Positions 40,501 to 52,500 of a DNA stretch of 63,726 bases are shown here, piece by piece. The stretch lies in the NCBI GenBank assembly GCA_044892525.1, contig CM097885.1, forward strand, positions 46,810,001-46,873,726, read 5' to 3'. Made by a program: the position numbers and the translations under genes. Positions within the stretch are counted from its first letter, which is position 1. The number at the start of each line of letters is the position of its first letter. Origin of the DNA: Schmidtea polychroa (Eukaryota). The notes beneath the pieces were generated by a model that saw only the letters and a list, made by a program, of their open reading frames with translations, had not been told where the DNA came from and did no database searches.

Positions 40501-43500
40501 TGCTATTTGACTAATTTATAATTTTATAAATCTTAATCTTGAAGAATAAAAAATTTTATGAAAATAGTAAAACTGCTCTGAGAGGACAGTGGTATTTTTT
40601 TTTTTTTTTTTTTCACTGTCCTCTCAACAGTTTTTTTTGATCCGGATCATTTTTTTTTTTTATTTCAACCTCTTTCGTTTATCAAATCTCTTCCAATATA
40701 CAAGCTGGCCAGACTTATATATCAGAATCAATTCGATAATAGCAGCACACCTTATTATTCGCTTCTCGCTCACGAAGTCGATTTCATCGGCGTTTTAAGT
40801 GTGCTGCTCGAAAGTACAAATGAATTCGAAAGCGAATCCGAAAGAGGTCCGAAAACAACCAAGAAATAAATGTGCACATTATAGAATCGATCCGGGGGTG
40901 TTCGAAAGACTGGTGGCGATAATTACCGGTTCGCCACCATCACCCGTTTCAATATTTTTTTTTTCATATTTATGTTTAAAAATTAATTAATTAATAAATA
41001 AATAAATAAAATAAACAAGATTTATTTCCTAAGATACCCACACCATTTTTCAATATTATTTTCAAATTTTTAATATTATTTTATGTTGAAAAAAAAACTA
41101 ACCTCAGACGTGATTTGAACCGCTAGCATTTGAACCACTGTGCCAGTCTATTCCCACTGCGCTATCGGAGTTCGGATTTTTGTCATTTTTTAAATTTTTA
41201 ATTAATAAAAAAATAAAATAAAATAAATAAAATAAAAATAAATAAAATAAAATATAAATCTAAGATACCCACACCATTTTCAATATTATTTTCAAATTTT
41301 TAATATTATTTTATGTTAAAAAAAAACTAACCGTAGTTAGGATTTGAACCGCTATCCATTTGAACCACTGTGCCAGTCTAGCCCACTGCGCTATCGGAGT
41401 TCGGATTTTTATCATTTTTTAAAATTTTATTATAAAAATGAATAATATAAATCTTAAAATTCAAGAAAAAAATAAATTAAATCTTGATTATAATAAAGAA
41501 TTTACTCATGAAATCAAGAAAAATGATATTTTAAAAATCTCGCCAACTTCAGGATCTATTGCAAACTTAAATCGTAGGGGTGATATAGTTTTTCAATCTC
41601 TTCAAACATCAAACCCAATAGATATTTGTAATGCCAAATTATATTATAAAATTGAATTAGAAATTGAAGCAAACAAAGATATAACCATAGAAAACAATTT
41701 CTTTCCAAATTTATTCTCCAACATGAGATTAAAACTAGGATCATCAGAAATTGAAACTGTTTTACATCCAGGAGTATATTCTACAATGTTAAATTTTATT
41801 TTGACTGGTTGTGATTATAAAAATGAATATGGTGAATTAACAGGTTGGATTCCTGATGTTAATAAAGGAGATTTAGATAAAGATGGTTTAGATATAAATT
41901 ATGCTTACTATAAAAGAGCTGAACTTTATAAGTTGAAAAAATTTGAAGGTTATTTTGAATTAAAACACTTGTTCGGATTCCTTCAAAACTATAACCGGGT
42001 GCTCCATAATGTTTTTATAGAACCCATCTGTAATAGACTAGAAGGTGATAAAAGATTGTTCTATGGAGCTGCAGATACAAAAGCTAAATTAAAATTATCA
42101 ACACTTGAATTGCATATACCTGAATGGAGATTAAATCCACATTCTGAAATCAAACTCCTTGAAAGATTAAATTCCAACAAATCTATAAATGTAAATTATT
42201 TAAATCGAATCTGTAGTGAATTTAGTATGACAGAGGGTTCAACATATTCTATAAAGGTAGCAAATTTAGCATACCGACCAAGATATATCTTGATTGGATT
42301 CAAAGAAACAGATTCATCTTTCCAAAAAAATAACAATCTATTTATTCAAAAGATTGGAGATGATAATATAAAAACAATCCAAATTCAATTAAATAGTTCT
42401 TATTATCCAATAAATAGAATGGAATTTAATATTGAAAATAATGAAAACATATTCCCATATCTAAATTATATTGAAACATGTTATGATTTCAAAGTTGAAC
42501 CGCAATTAAGTTTAGAAGATTTCAAAAATTTATATTCTATATTTTGTATAAATGTATCAGACCAAGATGATCGCCTAGCTATAAATAATGTTGATGTTAC
42601 ACTTCATATAACAAAGGATTCTAATTTTAAAGCTAAAGTATATACATTAATATTAGAAGAAAAGAAAATAGAAATGAAGTTGTATGCTGGAAAGATTTCA
42701 ATTATTGAAAATGTTAGGGGAGATTCTTCATAAGTAGATTCCCCCATAAAAAAACTTTTAAAATGAGTAAATATTGGACATGTGAAAGTTGTAATTGTCA
42801 AGTTACAAGACATCACAAAGCAAGTCATCTCAAAACTAAAAAACATACGAGAGTTGATATTACAGGAGGTGATCTACAATCTTCAAAAACAACATCTAGA
42901 ATCTTGAAACTTTTTACTAATGAAAAATATCCAGGTGAAAGACATTTATTCCATCACAACTATACTGGACCTGGAACAAGATTAGATATTAGATTAGATG
43001 AAAATAATAATCCTAAACAAGGAGAAGAACCAATAAATAGAATTGATCAAGCAGCTTTAAAACATAACATTTCTTACAACTCTGAAGATCTTAGAGATAA
43101 ACATGTTGCTGATGTGAATTTAATACATGAGTTAAATAATATACAAAATCCATCAAGCAAGGAAAAGATTCAAAGAGCTCTAGTTAAATTAGCAATGAAA
43201 GGTAAGATTTTCATAGGCTTAGGACACAGTCCGATCACCATGGGTGCAAGACTTCCTAGGAAAGCAAAAGATGTTGCTAATAAAAAGATTATCGAACAAG
43301 CAGAGATTGAAAGATCCCTCGAGAGTACAGCCAAGACTAGTTTACAAACCCCAACAGAATCAGAAATAAAATATGCTAATGAATTACACCATGAATTTAG
43401 AAAAAATAAAAAATATTTAAAAGTTCAAGTACATGAAAAAGATCAAACATGGTCTGCTGATTTAGTCTTTATGCCCAAATCATCAGACCCTGAAAAATAT

Positions 43501-46500
43501 AAAATAATTTTAACAGTAATAGATTTATATACAAGATTTGCTTTTGCAAGGTGTTTAGAAAATAAAACAGGATATTCTATTACAGAAGCATTTGAAAATA
43601 TATTTGAAGAATATCAAAGAATTCCAAAATATTTATGGTGTGATAAAGGAACAGAATTTTATAACAAAGTTTTTACAAAGTTTTTAAATGAAAATGATAT
43701 TAAATTATATTCAACAGAAAACGAAGGAAAAGCAGTTGTGGTTGAAAGATTAAATAGAACATTAAAAAATAAAATGTGGAAATATTTTACTGCTATTGGA
43801 AAACAAAAATGGAACAATGAATTGTTACAAAAGATTGTAAATGAATATAATAATGATGTACATAGTTCTATAAAATCAACACCTTTAAATGCTTCCATGA
43901 AGCCTGAAACCATTAAAGTGGTGAATATTGAAAATGATGTTATTGTTGATACAACCCCTATAAAACCAAAGTTTAAAATTGGTGACCGAGTAAGAATATT
44001 TAAATATAAAAATAAATTTGAAAAAGGATTCACAGCAAAATGGACAAATGAAATTTTTATTATAAATAAAATACATTATACAACTCCAATAACATATAGC
44101 ATCATTGATTTAAATAATGAAAAAATATTAGGTAGATTTTATAATAATGAACTACAGAAAACAGATTTTTAAGTCGACAAGCCCTAAAACAAACTTTTCC
44201 ATATTTCAGCTTCTTCTCTATCCAAATAAATATAATTATATTTTTCTTTCCAATGATTATCAACAAACATATCAAACATATTCTTATCAGGTTCAACATT
44301 TGAAAATAAGTCATTATAAATCATATTCTTATCTCGACGATCTAATTTAAAAAATATAAAACAATTGGAATTATTTCTTATAGAGTTTTTATCTAAAGCA
44401 TAATATGTTTGAGATATATAAATAACATTACAATTATTATGTCTACCTCGTGTAAAGTAACTCTTTTGAATCTCTTGATTTTTCATGTTAACAACATCAT
44501 CAAATATAACTAGATTCTTTTTATCTTTAGGAAGTAAATCACAATGCAAAACATCTTCAGGTTTATTAGAGAATAAAACTCTAATCCCATAACCCTCCCT
44601 CTGCCCCTCATCTTCACAGATGTAATCATTTTTATTACTAATATCTGATTCTAAAATCTTTTCCTTGTACCAATCAACCATATCACAAGGATGAAAAACC
44701 TCTTCGGGATATGTATGTTGATTTTTAAAAATATCAATTATTGCTTTTTTAGTTAATTTATTTTCAAATCCACATTTCAAAAGTTGTAATTCCGGTTGGT
44801 TAATGGTTGTAGAATAAAAGATTAAATTATTATAATCCAAAAAACCATCTTCTAATAACATTCTCATAAGAAGAACATTCTTTCCACATCCAGAAGATCC
44901 AATAATTAAGCATCTAAAATTATCAGGAAATACTTTATTATTAAATTTAGATTTATGTCTATTTAAAATTGGTTTCCAAGTATCCATTTTTATTTATTAT
45001 AAAATGACAACACAAAACCCTACAGAGGAATCTTTGCAAGAATTAATAAATTCAAATAAAAATAAATCAGTAGTAATCTCTGGTAAAAACTATTTTATTG
45101 GAATACATGTAAAAGAACAAGTTAAAGAAAAACTAAAGGAAGGAGGGATTCTTCCTCTGGCGGCTTTAATACCTGCAATCATTGCCGGACTATCAGGTGC
45201 TGCTGGAATAGCTGGAGGAATTGCAACTACAGTTCAAAAAGCTAAAGAATCTCAAAAGACAGACCTAGAAAAAGAAAAACTACAAACTGAAATCGAGAAA
45301 ATGAAGGGAGGGAAAGGTCTTTATCTTGATCCTTATAAAGGTCGTGGTTTAAATGATTTTTTAAAAAATCAAATTTCTACATCTGAATCTTTATCTTCAA
45401 AAGATAAAGATGATTTAAAAAAAATATGTAAATCTTTAAAAAATGGATGTCTTTGTAAAATTAAAAATGGTAAAGGTTTATACTTGAAACCCTTTCCAAC
45501 GGATCCTTTACCAAAATGATACCATTTTTAATACCATTAAAATGGTATATGAAGAAAGATTAGCACTTTTAAAAAAATTACAATCAGATCAAGATAAATA
45601 TAATAAAAAAGATACAACTCAACACGCTGAATCTATAATATTAAATGAGGTAATCCAACAACAACAAGGACCAACAATTAAAGCCATAAAAGAGTTAGAA
45701 GTTTTAAAATTTAAAGAGTTGGAAGATAAACAAGATTTAAAAGAATTACCATGGTTGGAAGATTTAAATATAAAACCTCTTATACTTGATCCTAAAATTA
45801 ATGTGAGTTTAAGTAAAACAATTAAACCTACATTTAATATTAATGTTGAAGGATATCAAATAATAACAATTAATAAACATGACTTTCTGTTATATTTAAA
45901 TTCAGAAAATAAATCACGTATTCATTCACAAAATGTTTATAATACTAAACACCTAGATTTTGAATTTACAGATGATTTTTATGGATTAGTTTGTGGATAT
46001 CCCTCAGAGAATGTTGATCTTCTAGAAATTAAAAAATATTTAAATTTAATAGAATTAGTACATGGTAGTGCTAAAGCAAAACATATTCAAGATTTAAAGA
46101 AATATTTAAATAAAAATGAAAGGGGTTATATTGTCACAGAAGGAGAGGGCCAGGGAAAGGGTAAGGAGATAAACCCAATCAATCTTTTTATTGAATTAAG
46201 AAAACTATTAGCAGCTAAAAAAGCAGGACATAATAATTTAGATTCTGATATTTTAAAGATTTCTAAAGAATTATTAAAACAAGGAATAATTTCAAAAGAT
46301 AAATTTAATAAGTATACGAAGTTATAAATACGAAGTTATAAAATATAAAATGACTCCTTCAATATTAGATTTTTTAAAAACATTTGGAATAAATACAAAA
46401 ACAAATTTTGATTTAAAAGATTATGCAGATTATTTAAATTTAAAAATAAAAATATTAATGAATGATGAATTGTCGAGTCTGAAAGAAGACACTCCAAAGA

Positions 46501-49500
46501 ATATCATTATAAATTATCAAAATTCAAATGAAAAAGGATCTCATTGGGTTTGTATATATAATAAATCTATATACTTTGATTCTTTTGGGATTAAACCCAC
46601 TAAAGAAGTTGAAGACTATCTCTCGGACTACACTTTTAATTCTTTACAAGTTCAACCTAATAATACTAAAATATGTGGTATTTTAAGCTTATATGTTTTG
46701 TATAGATTGAATAAATCCAAAGGAGAAGGTTTCACTTCCTTAATCCAAGAAATTTATAATGATTTAAAATCTATACTATGAAAATGGAGCTTCGCAACCT
46801 TCCGGAAGATAATTTAAAAAAAATGGTAAACATAATGTCAGATAAATATTCAAGAACTTTATCTATAAATTCAAAAGAATCAGACTTTACTATAAACTTT
46901 CAAGATTCAATTAAATTAGATCAAAATTTAAATTATGAATTAGGACTATTATGGTTTTGTGCTTATAATACTATTTTTAATATAACTAAAGATAATAACA
47001 TATTTTATTATATAAGCCCAAAATCTACAGATAAGATTATAATAACAATCGAACCCGGAGCTTATGAAATAAAAGATTTAAATAATATACTTTCTAAAAA
47101 AACAAATGGAGTCATTAAAATTAAAATGGATTTACCAACTTCAAAATGTATAATGACTTTAGAGAATATAGGAATTCATTTTCAAAATAATAGTTTCTTT
47201 AGAACAATTTTAGGATTTACACGAAACCATTATATCACACCTGTAGTTGAGAATATAACATCAGAAAATATTATAAAAATAATAAATACAAACACAATAA
47301 ATATTCATTGCGATTGTATAACTGGTTCTTATAATAATGGTAAACAAACAAATGTTTTATATTCCTTTCCCTCAAACACAGTTCCTATGGGATATAAAAT
47401 AGTTGAAAGAATGAATCCTCCAAATTATTTACCTTTATGTAGAAAATATATAATGGATATTAATTTTAAAATTCTTAATCAAGAAGGAGAATTGATTGAT
47501 TTTAATGGAGAAGAGATTTCAATGTATTTACATTTGAAACAGGTTTGAAGATTCATTTTAAATTATTAATAAATGAGTTCTTATATTCCATGTAATAGAG
47601 GTGGTGGAACAATAAAAACAGGGTTTAATACAGAAGAAATATTAACTTTAACAGAAAATAAATATATTAATGAAAGAGGTGATTCAATGAAGGGTGATTT
47701 AATTTTAAATGGACACAAGATAAAAGAATTATCTTTTCCAACTGATGAAGCTGATGCAGTTAATAAGAAATATGTTGATGGTGTTAAAAAATATACTGAT
47801 TTAACAACAACAAGAATTGAAAGTTCATTAACAACAAAAATTGATAATATCGAGCAACGATTTAATGATAAATTTGACAAGTTACAAAGTCTGTTAACTG
47901 AACAAGTTGTAAAGTTAAATACTAGCATATTAAATTCTAAAGATAAACAAATTATGAATACTAAATTTAATACAATATATAATATAATAAATGAGATGAT
48001 TACATCATTTAATAAAAGACTTTCAAATTTAGAGTCTCATACAACACACATTAACACCACACATAGTATTAGAAAAAGAGCTGCTGAATTAGAACAGAAT
48101 AAAACATTATTACCCCATACATATAAACATTTTATAGAACCAAGTTTAATAACAACAAACAGTAAAGAATGGGGTGTTTTTATGGTTGTAAAGATTATTG
48201 ATCCTTATTTCTTTTTATTTGATGATGATAATGAAAAAATGAAATGGTTTGTGAAATGTGATTATAATAGTAAGCTTGAAAAGGGTGATGTTATAATGAC
48301 TAGTTATGATTTACCACACGGAGATTGGTATGTTAATACTCATTCACATGGACTACATAAAGTTAAAAGTAAGAATATTATTTTTAAAAGCACACTTGTA
48401 CAATATATAGATTTAATATTTTATGAAAAAAAGGTTGATGTTGATGAAGTTCGTAAAGCATTGATGGAATTGTATAAAGATATTCTCTCAACAAGAGTTT
48501 CTTTTGATATCCGAGTATTGGTACCAGATGGTGCTCAGAAGAATAAAGTCTTATTTTTTTAATTATTAAAATGGACAAAGTCCAAAAGATGGAAGAAGTA
48601 AGAGAAGAAAAAATTTACCCAGAGGTCCCTCCAGAATTGAGATCATCAGGATATTATTCCGAAGGTCACAAAAGTTCCAAGGCCTCGGCTCCCACAGAAC
48701 TTGAAATTATGAGAGTAAAAGAATTTAAATCAGAAACCTTACATTTACAAGATTTATTAAAGCATTATAAAAAGGTTAAAAATAGATGGAATAAAGGGAA
48801 TACAGTTTTAAAAATTATAGGTTATTCTTTAGGATTTGCATCTGCAATATTAACAGTTATTTTACCCATAACTTTACCAGTTTTAACAATAGCACCTGTA
48901 ATACTTGGAAGTATTTCTTTAGCTGATGGTTTCTTGACTGAAATAGTTTCATTATCTTATACTTCTAAAAAGAAAAGTTTATATCGTGAAGTTTGTTTAT
49001 CAATAGAATTAGGAATCTCTAAATTATTTTTATTTCAATTAAAAGCTTTGGAAGATGGAATCTTAACTGATGATGAAATAATGAAATCAAATCAAATAAT
49101 ACAAGATATTAAAAATAATATTAATAGATTAAAAAGTGCTAATGTTATAACTAATGAATATTCTAAAATAATTAAACGAGAGAAGTGGCTAAAGAATCAT
49201 ACATAAAAAAATTTATTGCCCTTCAAAAGGTTGATGTTGTCACTCTTAAATTAATTGTTGACATTTTTAAAAGAAAAAAATCATTTGATAGAATCTGATG
49301 TTAACTTTTCGAAATTAGTTTTTAGAACCTCCTTATGATCTTTAAATTCTTTATCACTTAGACCTTTTATATATTCAGGATCAGTATTAAAATATTTAAG
49401 TTCTAAACATATAGGATTAAAAACTTGAGAATATAAAGGTTTCTCAATTCTCTCAGGATAAATGATTTCAACATTATAAATATCAAGATCAGTAATCTTT

Positions 49501-52500
49501 GTATCATATAACTTATTCAAACTAGCAAGATTTTTTATTATCGGTATTAAATTATTTCCTATAGGAAGAGTTGTCTTTAAATCACTTAGTATGAATCTTT
49601 TATCATCATAATTTGATAATGATACTTTTTGGGATTCTATCAAGTAAATATCATGCTTTTCACTTTTAAGTTGATGTATTTCATCAATTTTATCTTTATG
49701 ATTTGGATTCAATGTATCTATATAATCTTGATGAGAAAGATTCTTTGCTACACATCTCTGAATTCCTTTACATCTGTTATCCTTTACAGGTTTTTCTTCC
49801 TGTCCGTCAGGTCCTTTAGGGAATATAGGATATCTATGTGTAATGCTTTCTTCTGTTTCTGGGGTTTTAAATATAAATGTATGTTCTTCAAATTTAGGAT
49901 TTGTAAATGTTTCATATGAATATTGTTTAGCACGAATAAATATTCCATTTTCTATAGGAGTAAAAGGTTTTTCATCTTTAAACGAAAATAATTCTCCAGA
50001 TGAATTTATTAAATTTGAAAGTATAGGATTTTCAGAGATATCACTTTGTAAATCGTGAGTTCTTATTGTTAAAAACATTGAATCTGTATCCATTGCATGC
50101 ATTGCTATATTCGATCCATATATAGGTTGTAAGATGTTATAATATGTTTCATACATTTGTAATTTTGAAAGTTCTAAAATTGCAAAGCCAATAAATATTG
50201 GTTTATTATATGTTTTCTCATAATTCTTTAGTTCTACTGCAGTAAGATTTTCAGAAAATACTTGTGCGTTTTTAAATGTAGGCTTTCCTAGCATACGATT
50301 ATAACGGGCTATATCTTTCGGGGTATTTGTTAGGAGTTCAATATGAGTATATTTATCAACATTCTCCATTGTCTTCCCAAAGACTGAATTGTTTAAAAGT
50401 TTATAATTATTGTCTTTTAAAAGGTTACCTTCTCTTTTTGCAATGTTTCGACAACGAATGTTCTCCTCGATGAAAGTCTTCATGAATGCTGCTTGTTTAA
50501 ATCTTATGACACTATGAACTTTTTTTAATATCATTCCTTGTGAAAGATAAAACTGGAGGAGTCTATAGTGACAAAGATAATAAGTTCGATCTGTTTGATC
50601 ACAAAGAAGTTTCATTGTTGGAGGTTTATCTTGTGAGATTTGCCATTCAGAAAGTTCGTTGATATCAATCTTTCTTCTTATAGGAGCTAAAGGGAAATGT
50701 CTTGTTCCTGATTTTATATCATCTGGGTAGTCGAGGTCACATTCTACAAAGTATCCTATTGGAGAATCTTTAGGAGTTGAACGTATTTCTTTCATAAGGT
50801 CTTTTAAGGGGCATTCTTCTTCTGAGGGGCATTCTGGAGGATATATTTCATGAAAGTCACTCATTGGTAAATATTGAGTCATAATTCCTGAATATAAAGC
50901 TGTTGCATCTATATAAAGTATAAATAGAGGATTTTTCATTCCTTCTAATACTTCTTTTAGTTCCTCATTGTTAAGTTTTATATATGGATCAGGGTGTTTA
51001 GAGATTCTTCGGCTAGTAGTTATTGCATTTCTAGCTTTTATTTCTCTATTCCCCATTACTGAAGATACTCCTCCTCTAATGTTTGTTTTAATTTGATTAA
51101 ACATATCTTGGTCGGTTAAAAGATCTATAATTTTATCAGATTCTGGAAGATCTGAAGTTCAAATGGTATATAACATAGTATCCCAAGCTAAAGAAGGAGC
51201 TGTTATATAATTATAAGGTTTAAGAACAAAAGACTTTGTAAATTCTTCAAAGCAATCTGCTAGAATATAAACATCTAGGGATAAGTACATACTTGTATAT
51301 TCTCCTAAAGTTTTACAGTTGAAAAGATCCCACATTTTATTTGCTCGAGAATATTCTTGATTTGTAATATGAGATTTTTGAAGTTGGGAATAGAAATCTT
51401 CTTTCTCTGGTAATTTTGTTTCATTATATTTTTCAAATGAATCAACATAGTCATAGGGATATATTCCTTTTGCTAAGCATGTAGGATATTCTTCTGGGGG
51501 GATATTATTTTTTTCCAAGAATTCTCGAGTGATTTTAAAATTTTCTGCTTTCATTGGTTTAGCTATTCCATCTAGAGACATTTGGAGAAAGTTTAACGAG
51601 TCTATAAATTTTAATTTTCCATATTCAACTGATTTATATTTTTCCTTTGTAAGTCCTATAACTTTGAAAGAGTTTTTAGCATTTTCTGCTAAATGTTTAA
51701 TAAATAGATGTATGTCATAACCAAAAAGATTATGAAATATAACTGGTACAAATTTAGGAGTATGACAATTAAGATTACAATTTCTATGGGCTGCTCCTCG
51801 ATAATTATTTTCCTTTTTTAAATGATCGTGATCTATAACTTTATCATCAGGAAGAATGTCTTGTTTACACATCCAACAGTTGGAAGTATTTTCATATTCT
51901 TGTTGTTGTTGATTAGAAATTTTTTGAGGATACTTTGTTTTTAATATTTTAAATATTTCATGTTCTAGATCATTTATACTTTTAGTAAAATGATTTAAAA
52001 CATCTTCTGAAGTTCCTTGAAATGCATATTCTCTAGATTCTATGAGTTCAGGATAATTACTTTTAAATAATAATTTATAAGCAGATGGTAATTGTTTAGT
52101 TTTTTAACACTATTAGGTTTATTTCTTTTTCTTAGAAAGGCTTTCATCCTCTCTGGTTTCATCTTCTGTTTAGAGGCTTTCCATTCATCCATGAGTTTAT
52201 ATTTTTCTATTATTTTTAAATATTGCATAATTATATCTTGTTTACGATTTATAGATTCAAAGTCTCCATAGACAACTCCTAATGTTTGTAATAAATTTGA
52301 AAAGTTTTTAAAATACATCCTGGGATCTGTAGGCATTCTAATTAAAGCTGGATCATCTTTTTCACAAAATCTTGCATGTTTAATCATAGAGTTTTTAGTT
52401 GTTGAATAATGAAGACATCTTTTACATGTTCCTCCTCCACTAGTTGGATTCTCTGGTGATGTAAAAGCTTGAAAGTCTTTTATTAAAACATAATGTTGAT

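Noticed and set aside
40681-40945. Hammerhead ribozyme suggested by GAAA motifs and CCGATGA
   Set aside because: No correctly placed CUGAnGA core with stem II and GAAA could be built on either strand.
41089-41401. Functional tRNA genes in the virus
   Set aside because: D and anticodon stems do not pair and there is no U33-type loop. Kept only as tRNA-derived Pol III units.
43659-50058. Antisense ORFs inside viral genes (43659-44033, 47581-47928, 49629-49919 and others)
   Set aside because: Shadow frames of AT-rich coding sequence with no motifs.
50990-51104. IRGG in pPolB as an adenain cleavage site
   Set aside because: It lies within a conserved polymerase motif (NIRGGVS) and is explained by that.
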